The notes beneath the pieces are model-generated. The model saw only the letters and a program-made list of their open reading frames with translations. It had not been told where the DNA came from and searched no databases. A stretch of DNA of 63,997 nucleotides, counting the filler, from Jimgerdemannia flammicorona (taxonomy: Eukaryota): assembly GCA_003990765.1 (NCBI GenBank). It is 3 parts of 3 records of this genome, joined end to end, with 100 filler letters (N's around TTAATTAATTAA, not from the genome) between each part and the next. Parts side by side here need not be neighbours in the genome. Positions count along the whole stretch, not along the records: positions 1 to 21,570 come from RBNJ01001426.1; 2 more parts are not named here. The stretch is one strand, 5' to 3'. Position numbers and translations under genes: made by a program. This document shows, in pieces, positions 1-12,823 of this stretch (position 1 is the stretch's first letter; every line of letters starts with the position of its first letter).

Positions 1-2200
1 CTTCTCCTAATGAAAGACCACTTTGTCATTTACCATCTCCACCTGTCTACCACTCTGTTCACATATCTCTTCCACTAGATTGCTCCTCTAATATCTAATA
101 TCCCCAATATCTCCCTTACTCTTCCTAACTGGAATACCCACCTGATCCTGCTATACAGCTACCCCCCCCCCCATTCTCTCATCCAGTCCAGTATATCAAA
201 GTCTACATCATATTCTATATCCTATAGCAAGAACAGCTCTGCATTCAGTCCATTCAACTAGCTGAAAATATTCTGACCCCTCACCTTACTCCATAGTCCA
301 TTGATATTCAAAGAGAAGAATCTAGTTATACTGTTTATATTAAATAATGTTTGGAGAATAAACACTCACTCTACAATTCTATACTAACTACATCACTAGC
401 AATATCTAGATTCCTCTCTGCCTCAAGCTTATCTGCCTTTCTCTGTTGAGTATCTAGTGCTTTTAAGATCTCCTGATAGTCCTCACCATCCACTACTTCC
501 ATGTTAGACTGATACTTCTCACACACTATCTGCTACTTTGCAACTTCTTCCTAGGGCACCACAGATATATCACACATTTATTTGTACTCATCAGAAGTAC
601 TGTCTCTCTATTGTCATCTACCTTATACTCCTCTGCTTCCAGCAGATCTGCCATCAGCTTATCTCAAGCTTCTGTACTACCTCTTCACCTTACAGGACCT
701 CATAGTTCTCTCACTAATTATACAAAAATCAATCTTACTAAACTCATCTGCTGTAATCTTTATCAGCCTTCCACAGCTATCTCTCATCTTCAATGATCTC
801 ATTGATACCAAGGGCCATCTCCTGCCCTCTAACCCTCTGACTTCTCTCAACATTCATCCTTACAGACTCATCCCAGTCCTCCTTCAGTATATTTTATAAC
901 TTGTTAGTTCCCTCCCTCCTCCTGCGGGCACATTATACTGCATGTGAGTCTCCTCCAACATCATCTCATCCTCAGCCACTATACTCTGTCTAGAGTCTCT
1001 ACCCTCTCCCAGGGCCACTGTAGGAACTACTCTCTTCTTCCCTGCCCAAGCCCTAGTTCTTGATCCAACTCCTTCAATAGTATTCTCCCCTACTGTCCTC
1101 CTACCCAGATTTGCCAACAAATCTTTCTGATGCTATCTCTCTTATGCTCTCTCCCAGGCTGCTCAATCCAGTTGCACTCTCTTGCTATTCACAATCTCTA
1201 CTACTATCTTAGCCTCAAACTTCTTCCAGATCAGCTATATCTTCTCTACTACTCTGGTCAAGTCTTCTAATACCTCCAGCAAGTCCTCCCTCTCCTCTAG
1301 CATCCCCCTCACACTTAAGACCTTGTACTCTACTAGCCCCCACTTAAGTACTATCAGTCAATTCCTTCCTTTTTCAGTATTCTCCTTACCTACCAGCCTT
1401 ACTCTAATATTCATATTTCTAGTTCTAAACTCTATATCTTCTTAGATCCAGAATCCAACATCTACTACATCTCTATACTCCTTGATAATATCAACAATCA
1501 GACCCCTGACCTTCTTCTTCTTCACTGTAGATATATTTGCTACCACCAGCTATACTATACAGGAGTCTTAGTATAAGCACTAAGCTATAGAGATCACTAT
1601 CCCTCCCACTACCACTCTTTTCTTTGATGCTCTTAATATCAACTTGTTCTTCTTAAAGCCTCTCTCTACTCCTTCCAGACTCTTTAAGAACTTCACTGAT
1701 ACTACTCCTTTTATCTCTTAGGCCAGAAGCCCTAGAACTATTTTGATCATGATTACTAAGCCTTAGAAGTACAATGTAATAGTGAATTCAGATATTAATT
1801 TCTTGAGTAATAGTGCTATCACTAGACCCATTATACTATTAGCCAGGTCTCCAGGCCTCAGGCCCCCCCCTCTGCTCAGCCCTACTATTAGCTATTATAT
1901 CTGGATTATTTTCCAGATTAGCAGTCTTCTCTCTATCAGCAGTCCTACTTCCCCCAGTCTCTACTTTCCCAGCCCTACTGCCACTGCCACTATGGGCCCC
2001 TCTACTAGATCCTGCAGCTCCTTCCTTCTCCTTGCTCTTCTGCAGCCAACTCTCTAATCTATTTGCCAGATGCCCTGCCTTGATCTTATTAGCAAAACTC
2101 ATTCTTCCAGACCCCTATCTGCTAGACCCACCTCTTCCACCTCCTCATCTACCAGAGAGAGTACCCAATAGACTCCTCTCCAAGCCATAACTCCTCTCTA
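1..2200 (-). mobile_element. Degenerate LINE (L1-like) 5' part: ORF1 remnant plus start of ORF2 endonuclease
   Basis: Colinear similarity to the LINE at 54811-60564. The ORF1/ORF2 junction 'tctagttatactgtttatattaaataat' (~321-348) matches 58548-58575, and the minus strand reads ELFLL*DI (endonuclease start). Many stops; right boundary approximate. Confidence 0.8.
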
Positions 2201-2499
2201 TATGCTGCAAGTTAAATATACTGAGGCCACCCTATCCTATATGCTCCTCAATTTGCTCATCAGTTGCTATGTTATTATTATCTTTTCTTCAAAAATAATG
2301 CTGAAAGTATTATCAGAAGTTTGTGCAATCTGAATTTTATTAAAGTAAGGTAGACTTAGACCTATATCCAACTAAGGTCATTAGCAGAAAAACAGTCTAT
2401 CTAGCTGAAAAAAGAAAGAGATCAGTATGAAGGTTATCTAGAAATATCAATAGAAGAATTATCTAAGAAGAAGATAAAGGATATAAAGAGGAGTAAGTT

Positions 2500-3485
2500 A
2501 AGATATCTCTTATATTACTCCTACTAAGACTACTATAATAGTATCTAAAGTAGCTAAGATTTTTCTAAACTAGATATTCAGATTATATAGTATGCTAAGT
2601 ACTATCATATCTGATAAAGATGCTAAGTTCACCAGTAACTTTTGAAAGGCATTCTTTGCTCTCTATGAGATAAAGCTAAAATTCTCAATAGCTTACCACT
2701 CTCAGACAGATGACTAGACTAAGTATATCAACAGAACTCTCAAATAAATACTTAGTATCTTTTATTGCTATAAGTAGAATAACTGAGACAAGTACCTAGT
2801 CTATATAGAATATGTCTACAATAATAGTCATTAGATCATAACAAAGAAGACCTCATTCTTTTTAAATTATGGTAAATATTTAAGAACTCTAAGTATAACT
2901 ATAAAATCAATAATCTCTATAGTATAAGACTTAGTTAAGACTATTTCTGACCTTATAAGAATGATCTAAAATATTCTCACAGAGGTGTAAAACTACCAGA
3001 CCAAATATGCTAACTAGAAATAAAGAGAAGTCTGCTATAATATTAGAGACAAGAGAGACCACCTATACTTAGATACTCTGGTATAGTAACTATTAAAGAA
3101 GCTTTAAGCCAGAAGAATTAAACCTTACTGAATTCTGGAAAAATTCAATAAAATTAACTACAAACTAGAGCTTTTCTATAATATTTATATATACTCAATA
3201 TTTCATATTAGCCAACTATAGATTTTTATAAGAATCCTTTTCCAGAGCATATAGTTCTACTACTATCTTTAGTTAGAATCAATAATTACAAGAAATTCAA
3301 GATTAACAAAATTCTGAATTATAAGGTCTACTAATATATGAAAACAGCCAAGTTAATTTTTCTAATTAAGTAGAAATATTATCTCACCTATGATATAATC
3401 TAAAAAAAGGAGAAACTCTTAGAGAAAATATAAGAAGTACTATAGAAGTATATAGATACTTTTATCCATCAATAAAGAAGGGAAC
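2500..3485 (+). pseudogene. Degenerate chromovirus integrase + chromodomain fragment ending in a polypurine tract
   Basis: Translates to IISDKDAKFTSNF*KAFF...FSIAYHSQTDD*TKYINRTL (integrase core) and EFKINKIL...FLIK*KYYLTYDII* (chromodomain), followed by aagaaggga at ~3475. Confidence 0.8.
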
Positions 3486-5638
3486 TATAACTCTAACTCT
3501 TAAACCAACTAAGGTAAAAAAGAGAGATTGAGTAGAAAATATATATATATTTATTTAAGATATATTAGTAACAAACAATGATAGAAAGTAATATATAGAA
3601 TAACTCAAAGAAAATAAAAAGTTATTCTGTTAAAGAACTCTTCAAGATAATATATAAATGAGATGAGTAAAGTTTAGAAAACAATATCTCAAAACTTCTA
3701 AATATTATAGTTATAGTCTATACTATAGCAACTATATTACTTAATTAATATATTACTAAAAGCAATTATTCTGATTACAAACCCAAAGCAATTACTCTAA
3801 ATATAAAGATTATTCATTTTGTAATAAATAATTAAAATAGTTATATACTAAATTAGTTATATATATATATTTAGCAAATATTTACTTAGCCTATCTGTAT
3901 AAATATCTTAATAATTATATTTAAAATAAACCAGTACTTAGTTAAGTACAAATCTTCTTATATATATATATATTTATCTGGATTTCTTTGTAATGATATT
4001 TAAGTTACTCTAGTATTTCTGACTAAATTCTTAAAATCTAGTAAACTTCTACCAGAGCTGAAAATCAGTATACAAATCCTAAAAAAAAACCCCCTTTGAA
4101 TCTGAATTATAAGATATTTAGTCTATATCTTATAAGAATAAGTCTCTTGTAACTATAGTTACTAAAGAATAATACTTCTATTTCTGCTACAAAGAAACTG
4201 TACTTTCTCAATCTTAGTAAATACTACTAAGTAAAAGAACAATTGAAAGACTTCTTGATATATATATATATATTAAATCTTTTAAGTAATATCTTATTGC
4301 CTAAGTTATTTAAGAATATAAGAGAGTTTGAAATAAGTATTATTATAGCTATACTAAAGTATTTGCTCATTATAATATATATATATAATTTAAGAGCTCT
4401 TTTACTGAGTTGTATAAGTGAGGAAGTATTAATTCTTATAGTAGAATAATTTAATATTTTAGCTTCTACTTTATAGTCTAAGATCTTTTACTATTTATAA
4501 ACTAAATTTCTTTGATTTAGGTTTTCAAAGATATTTATCTTTAGATTTATAAACTAGTTTTCAATATATATAATTGAAGTTAGCAAGACTTCTGAAGCTT
4601 AGTTAGAAATTAAGAGTGACTTAGATATTATTACTAAGAACTCAAATATATATAGAGAAGTTTTATATTTGATATTAAACTAACTGATTTATTTTAGATT
4701 TATTGCTGGAGATATTTATATATATTGGCTAAATAATATATATTGACTAAAGATTTCTGATTTATTAATATATATACTAAATCAGATATATATATAATGT
4801 TTAATTAAAATATAAGTTATAATATTAAACTGAACAACTTTAGGATAAAGTATAAGTTATAGAGATTATTTATTCTGATTTCGGTCAAAATACAAGTTAT
4901 AGATATTACCTTTATCTGTATTCATTATAAAGTAATATAGATTAAGTAATACTTTGTTAAGTTATATTATAATCTACTACTATAGCTTAATTTTTAAAGT
5001 TATTTAATATATTATTCTCTATATACTTATTTATTTATCTTATATATCGTTTATATATTATTTATTTATAATATTATTTAGGATCATATAATCACTATTT
5101 ATATATTTTTTATAAAAAGTCATTAATTTACTTTAATATATATAATTTCTATTATATTCTTCTCTAAGTATTCTGACTTACTCATATCTTAAGTGTTTGT
5201 CTCTACAAAAGTATCTCTATAATTCTGAGCTTCTGTTATATATTTTACTGTTTAATAAATACTTATACTTCTACTTCTCTAAAAAATATCTTAATAAACT
5301 TATTATCTACTTTACTAAAATTTTCAAGATAACTTATCTCTATTTCATCTTTACTGTCTGATTCTTCTGATTGATTACTTAGGTCTAATCTTGAGAAAGG
5401 TAATTGCCAGAATATCTGGTAAACTGATAGGGTTGAGAGAGAACAGTATCTGAGTAGAAGAGTGAGTATAGACTATTTGGCTCTTCTAATTAGCTCTAAA
5501 GCAAGTGATCTTACTTGTGAGATAACTGTTCTATTCCTTATAGTTTGGCTAATAGGACTAGTTATTTATTTCTTAGAAGGTATTATTGATTTAATAAAAT
5601 ATTTAAGTCAACTTACTGACTTTCTTAACTATATATAA

Positions 5639-7139
5639 TATAATGGTGACCACAGAATGATAACATCAGCATAGTAGATAGTCTTTTCTTACAAGCTATC
5701 AGATTAGAGCACAAGAAGATCTATGGTATATAAGATGAGCAGTGATGACTAACTGTAAGTCATTGTGACTATAGTATGGGTATCTTGAGAAATATAAAAG
5801 AAGGATCAAGGAACTACAGTAATAGCAATCAACAAGACCCACTAATCTCTAAATAGCTCAAAGACTTACTACAAATGAAATGTCTACTGCTTACCAAATG
5901 TCAAGGTCAAGGAACTACCAAGGTACCTCAGTTGAAGAAAGGATATTCCAAGACATCAGAAGAGCTATAAGGACCTGTACAAGAAGGACTCCTAGTGTTA
6001 ACCTGAGTACTGATAACTCTTATCATTATATCCTCTACTGCTATAAAATGGGAACAAGAATCACTATTACTACTGAATATCTCTAAATGTGGCAGGAGTA
6101 TGAAATAAGAAACCTTCTCTGCCAAGAGTTCCCACAGGCCAGTTCCCAGGAGTTATAAGATACTACTCTTATGAATATATATAAAGCAAGGATAGCTAAG
6201 AAGATTCATCAGATCTTCAGGCATGTACTATGGTCAATCTCCAACTTGGAGTATATTAGAGTCTCAGACTTCAGAGACCTGTCAGCCTGTCATATCAATG
6301 CACTAGAAGCCAGGATGGCTACAGAAGCTCAGTTCACTATCACCCTCAATAGTGATAAAGTAGAAGACTTCGGGCATCCCATCTTCCAGGACAACCTAGA
6401 CCAATTTCTACAAGGATTGATCTCAGTATTCCAAGGTCCAAGCATCTAGGTTAGATCTCTCCAAGACCCCATATTTTGTTCCCTATTTCATAGAAGAGAA
6501 CCTCATAGACTGGAGAGCTCCAGACCTCTTTGTTCCCACTGCTGCCAAACATGATGACATCATTAGCAATGACATCATCCTGCTGACCTATGTAATAATA
6601 ACAAAATGGATGAAATATTCATAGATCTTATCTCCTTTGAAGACATCCTGACCTTAGATGAGGATGAAGCTCCTATAATTCTAAATATTCTGCTCTAAAG
6701 TTCCTTAGTTATACTGAATTATTCCAGCACTATTTTTCTGTATTACTGAAATTATATCAGCATCCTAAACCTATGCAATCATCTGTACTGACCCTGGAAC
6801 TTGGCAGTTTTCCATATCCTGGCATTTTATTTTAGTTATTGGAATTTATATTTAGCTTTATATCTTAGCAACCATTGAATTATATTTTGTATAAATACCC
6901 CTCTTATTTCCTCTGAAATAAAGTTAGTTCCTCTAAGTACAATATAAACAATTCCTTACAAGCAATCTAAAGAGATATGTAACAAGATAGTTTAAAGATA
7001 TGTAAGAAGTTTGAGGACTATAAGATCTTGGGAAGGCACTCCAATAAGAACTTACTTGTAACAAACTTGAGTTAGTCTAAGAGATACACCTTGAAGAGAA
7101 TCTGACATATTTGAAGAACTCAGCAACTACTATATGACA
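5639..7139 (+). repeat. Family A 5' LTR (~1.5 kb)
   Basis: Starts tataatggtgac (mutated TGTAAC...) and ends ...tgaca; aligns with 12824-14317 and 23015-24550. Confidence 0.9.
5880..6698 (+). pseudogene. Disrupted copy of the family A LTR-encoded ORF
   Basis: ORF-track pieces 5880-6086 and 6171-6449 match the intact 272-aa ORF at 23255-24073; same 819-bp span. Confidence 0.88.
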
Positions 7140-7142
7140 ACT

Positions 7143-7160
7143 TGGTGCCCATTGGCTGGT
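7143..7160 (+). other. Primer-binding site (tRNA identity not determined)
   Basis: TGGTGCCC... three bases after the LTR end; complementary to a tRNA CCA 3' end. Confidence 0.65.
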
Positions 7161-7199
7161 GATTCAAGACAAATTCCTCACTTTCAAGCTGAAAAATAA

Positions 7200-8224
7200 A
7201 CAACTACCACAATAACTACTGACTACAAGAGTCACCCCTGCAAGAATTTAAGATATATCCCCCTATATTCTATAAATATACTACTAAAGAGTCAATCCTG
7301 ACCTTCATTAAAGACTTTGAACAATTCACTGCTGTACAAGTCCTTAGTGTAGATGTACAATTGGCTCTTCTATCTGTCAACCTCAGAGGACCTGCCAGAA
7401 ATAAGTTCAATATAGTCACTATTGCTGATGCTAATGCAGCCAAACTTGCCAACATGAAGACCTTTCTCAGAACAATATACTATACTGAAGAGATCAAGCA
7501 AGCTCTCAAGGACAAACCCAATACTATCCCCCAGAGACTCAGTAAAGATCCCAACTCATTCTATACCTGAATATGTCACTAGATTATCTTGGCTGACTAT
7601 AATAATGCCCTCAAGGAACAAATAGCAGATTCAACCTTCCTCAAAGGAGTTCACCCTGAAATTGTCCTAGCAATCTGGTCTACCTTAGCTACACTGACCC
7701 TTGAACAGAAAGTGGTCTTTGTACAGAGATATTAGACTGCTAGACACCCTGCCAAACACTCACTAGAGAAAATAACTATCATCAAGATAGAGCCATCAAA
7801 GTCAACCAGTATCATACTCACTACAGTTGTAAACAGGCAACTATCCCCATCCACCCCCAAGGCAGCCAAAGCTGACTCAGTGGAGGAACTCACCAAGCAG
7901 TTTACTGAGATAACTATATACCGTAGTGATATTATTAGAGAAGTCCAAAGTGCCAACAGGAGACCAGTACAGAGATTTGCAGCTGCTACAGAAGAATATA
8001 ATATCATATACTTCAGATATGGAGAAGAAGACCACTATGCAAAGAATTGTATAACTAAAACAAGATATAAAGCCCAACTAAGTAATACTAGCAGAACTAG
8101 AAAAAAACCCAATACAGTAGTCATTGAGGATATTGGTGATACTGATGATGAAGAATACTATGAGGAGCTTGAATTCTACCCTACTACTGAAGATACTAGA
8201 ATCTGGTCCAAGCCCTATGACTAG
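7200..8224 (+). pseudogene. gag: Family A gag with degenerate CCHC zinc knuckle
   Basis: LRGPARNKF segment and IYFRYGEEDHYAKNC (mutated Cx2Cx4Hx4C) at ~8005-8050. Start approximate. Confidence 0.75.
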
Positions 8225-8639
8225 AAGAGCAACAGCAAGTCAGTTGGAAGACCAAAGAAGACCCCAGCTGTCACTATCTAAAGTAAGACCCAAACTGAGG
8301 AGATTGATCAAGACATAGAGTTAGATGAAGCTGTTCACCAAATCATTGAAGGCACTACTTCAGTCTCAAAAAAAAGCAAAAGCAAGAAGGAATAGAAGCT
8401 GTATAAGACCAAGATCCACTAGTATGATATCTATAAGGACCTCAAGAAATAGAAGATCAATGCTACTTTTGGACAGCTAGCCAAAGTCCCTGCCTTCAGA
8501 CAGTAGTTAAGAGTAGGACTTGTAACTACTGTCAAGAATTAAGTGTACAAGATTGTAGAAGCTTACAATATACAGAAAGAATCTGAAAACTCAAGCAAAG
8601 AATCTAAAGACTAGCACAAGATATCAGCCTATACTCTAT

Positions 8640-9000
8640 ATCAGATGAAATATTATATCTTTAATGCCATCATTGATACCAGTGCTGGAAGATATCTTAT
8701 GAGCAAGAAGACAATTGACCACCTAGGCTGGGATATTGAAGAGTCCACCAAGATGGTCTATGTCATAACAAATAGTATACAAGCTATCTCTCTTGGCAAA
8801 ATCTGAGAAGTCTCAATCAAGATAGAATGAGCTACCATCTCAGTAGATGTAATTGTTATAAGTGCCATCAACTATGACATCCTCATTGGTAACCAATGGC
8901 TTCACAAGGCCAAGGTCATCATTGATATCAATGCTCAGAAGATGCAGATCAACTATAGAGGAAGAAAGGTATGAATTTTTATCAATGTCCACAAAGGAGT
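8640..9000 (+). pseudogene. Family A aspartic protease
   Basis: AIIDTSAG (DTG motif with a G>A change) at ~8667-8690 and DILIGNQWL at ~8876-8902. Confidence 0.8.
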
Positions 9001-9340
9001 TCTATCAGACATAGAGAAAGGAGATGAAGAGGATATAGAAGTCTTCATGTACTTGATAAATAAGAACAAGAACAAGATACCTAAGCTCACAGATGAGCAG
9101 TGGTATAACAAGATCATCAATAGCTATACCCCTCAAGGAAGATGCCCTCATAGTACTAGGATATACTACTCTGAACACCTGAATAACTGTCAGCCCTGTT
9201 TCAGTGAAGTTAAGAAAATCTGCTAACAGAAACATGAGTAAGAAGTTACTGAAGCAAAAAGGAAAGTCAAAGAAGATGACCAGCCTCTGGAGCTGTAAGC
9301 TGATAGTGATGATGAGGAGGAATAAGAACCAGACATCACT

Positions 9341-9748
9341 CTCAAGGTTAAGAAGTTTCACCCTGAAGCCAAGATCTCAGAATACAAGCCTGAAGGAGCT
9401 ATAGGAATAGACCTTGCCAGCATTCAAAATACTACTCTCAAACCACAGACCATCACTCTACTTGGCACTGGAATTGGAGTCAAGCTGCCAGAGAACCATG
9501 CTGGAATTATCAAGACCAGGAGCAGTCTGGCCAAAAGTGAAATCTCAGTTGAAGGAGGAGTAATTGACCCTGATTACACTGGCAAGATCTTCCTCATAGT
9601 CAGGAATCACAACCCCACCACCCCATTCAAAGTCAAGAAGTATGACAGGATTGACCAGATGCTGATCCACGAAATCAAGAAGTCCAAGATCACTGAAGCC
9701 ATCAAACTCATCAAGACCAAGAGAGGAGAACAAGGCTTTGGATCTACT
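9341..9748 (+). pseudogene. dut: dUTPase domain between protease and RT of family A (frame still open)
   Basis: All five trimeric dUTPase motifs in order: AIGIDL, RSSLA, GVIDPDYTG, DRIDQM, RGEQGFGST. Confidence 0.92.
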
Positions 9749-9939
9749 GAAAGAGGAGTCTATGCTACTACTAAGATTACCAAACTTGAGTACTAGAATG
9801 ATAGGGATCAGAACAAGCACACATATACCATTGGAGAAAACTTTCCCCTGGAAGAACAACTTCTCAAAATTCTGCATCAGAATGAAGGAGTACTTGCTAC
9901 AGACTTCAGAGATATCTATAATCGAGAACTCAAGTATTA

Positions 9940-12515
9940 CCATGAAGTTGATACTGGTAATATAAAGCCCATCTACCAGAAGGCCAGACCTATACCACCT
10001 GCCTATAGAGAATAGCTGTGAGCAGAACTTAAGGAAATGGAAGAAGCTGGAATCATCAAGCAAGTTATCAGTCCCTGGGCTTCATTCATTGTTCTCACTC
10101 CAAAGAAAGGAAGAAAGCCTGGAGAGTTTGCACCAAGACTCAGCATTGACTACAGGAAGCTCAATACAATCACCAAGAAGGATAGACAGCCCTTGCCAAA
10201 TATTCAAGAAATCCTTACCACTCTTAGAAGTGAAGCCAAATACTATACCACCTTGGATCTGTTCTCAGAATTCCATCAGATTGGTCTCACTTAAGATACC
10301 AGTGAGAAATCAGCCTTCATCACACCTGATGCCATCTATATCTATCTATAAATAACATTTGGAATATATAATGCCCTAGTAAGTTTTCAGCAAATGATGA
10401 ACAAAGTCTTCAATAATGAGATTGGAAAATGACTCTTTGTCTATATTGATAATGTGATCATCTTCAGCAATACTGTATAGAAATATATCAATTATATATA
10501 GCTAGCCCTCAAGAAGCTCAAGGAGCATGACCTCTACATCAAGCCCAAGAAATACAAGTTTGTAGCTCAGGAAATTTCCTACCAAGGACACATCATCAAT
10601 CAGACCAGAATCCATACAGACTCAATGAAAATTGAAGCTGTTATAGCCTACCTGAGATCCAGAACAACTACAGAAGTCCATGCCTTCCTTGGACTGGCCT
10701 CCTACTATAGAAGATTCATCAAAGGATACTCTAACATTGTAGCACCTATCTATGAGCTACTGAAGAAGGAGACCAAATTCGAATAGACTAAGGAATACCA
10801 AGAAATCTTCAATGAACTCAAGATTAGGTTGACCCAAGCACCTATACTCAAAAGACCAGATTGGAACCTAGAGTTCATTCTGCAGACAGATGCAAGTACT
10901 ATAGAACTTGGAGCAGTCCTAGCTCAGAAGAAAGATAGACATGAATATGTCATCTCCTATATAAGCCAAGATATCTATGGAGCAGAACAGAACTACAAGT
11001 CATATAAGCTTAAATACTTAGCAGTAGTTTGGATAGTAGACAAGTTCTACTACTATCTAACTAGAAAACACTTCACTATTCAAACAGACCATTCCACTCT
11101 TGCCTGGCTATTCCACACTCTGAACCCTAAAGGAATATATGCCTGATAGATCTACAGACTGTAAGAGTATGATAGTACTATCAAGCACCACTTAGGGAAA
11201 ACCAACACCAATTCTGATACACTCTCAAGGATACTCCAAAACACCTCTATCAAGGCTATTCAACATGAATAAGGAGTTATATTATAGATTAATCAGCTAT
11301 CTTGGACAACAGAAGATGCCCAACTATCTCGAACCCTGAATAATCACTATCATTAATCAGACTTGGAAACAGTTTGAACTAAACAATACTATACTCAGAA
11401 AAGGAAGAAATCTTGTAATACCCAAATATAAGAAGTATCAAGTAATGAAGGAAGTATATGAAAAAGGACACCTAGGAGGAACCAATATATATGATAAGGT
11501 AAGAAGAACTATATGGTGGCCCAAGATGGAAGAAGACCTGTGTCAATTTGTCAAAGAGTGTGACAAGTGCCAAAAATAGAAACAAGATCAATAAGACCAG
11601 GCACCTGGGTTATCAAGAATTGAGTATATCCCCTTCCACTATATTGCAATAGATATCATTGAGCCACTACCAGTAATACTATCAGAAAACTGCTATATTA
11701 TAGTTATTATAGACCTCTTTACCAAATGGATAGAAGCAGGAGCATTACAAGAAGCCAATGCCCTCTTTATAGCTGACTTCCTGCACCAAGAAATCATCTG
11801 CCACTACAAGACACTAAAGCAAATTACAACATACTGCAATATAGAATTTGTCAATAGGTTATATGAGATAATATATCAGAAAAACAAGATTCAGCACATC
11901 AAGACCACTGCATACCACTCTCAAGGAAATAGACAGATAGAGAGAACCAACAAGACCCTCAAGAACTTCTTGGTAAAGATCTCAGAGACATATGAGAATT
12001 GAGATAACTACCTCCCAACTACCCTCTCTGTCCTATGAGATATACAGTCACAGAGCACACACTTTACTCTAAGAGAACTGCTCTTTGGAGAAGAAGATTC
12101 TAATGGAACCTCAGCCACAAATCTAGACCTAACTTAGAGATAGGTTGATGCAGAAATCCAGAGGCTATACCAAATCAGAAAGAAGGCTGAAGATTACATT
12201 ATCAAGCACAAGTACTGATAAGGAAGAATGTGGAAAAGAATCACAAGACTCTAGAATCCATCCAAATTGGAGAAAAGGTTCTACTGTATCAAAATATGAT
12301 AGAAGCCTCATGGTTGCAAAAACTGGAACCCAAATGGGAAGAACCCTTCTATATGCAAGATATTAAGAGAACTACTTTCTGGCTTAGAAAAATCTCAGGG
12401 ACTATACTGCCTACTATGGTACACAGAAACAAACTTAAGAAGTACCATGAACCTATACAAGAGAAGTAAAATATAATGATTGCCCATGAGGTTCTAGTCT
12501 ACAAATTGTAACAGC
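9940..12515 (+). pseudogene. pol: Family A RT, RNase H and integrase (disrupted)
   Basis: SPWASFIV, IDYRKLN, LDLFSEFHQI, VYIDN (YIDD mutated), LQTDAS, QTDH, then integrase matching 21700-22700. Confidence 0.92.
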
Positions 12516-12823
12516 ATTTCCCATAACTAGCAGGCTATCTGTCTGGACCATTCTCTAAGAGATACAGTACCAGCAACTACTCATCTATAAGACTTTCAAA
12601 ACCAGAGAAGTTTGAACCATCAACTGATTTATCAAGATCAGAATCAGGCCCTTGCTCTATATAAAGAGAGTGACTCTTCACTATTATGCCAAAATATATA
12701 GAGAAGATACCAGCTCATAAATATCACTTTTCCACCCCTTGCCAGAGATATGGGATCAGCAAATTTTTCAGGACTGGACTAATGAATAAGGATATTTAAG
12801 AAGATCCTTATTCAGGAGGAAGA

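Noticed and set aside
3500..5638. Short ORFs and a possible older element in AT-rich DNA (also 19886-20736 and 62080-63940)
   Set aside because: Too decayed for any motif to be read reliably; the track ORFs are Ile/Tyr/Leu-rich artefacts of TA-rich sequence.
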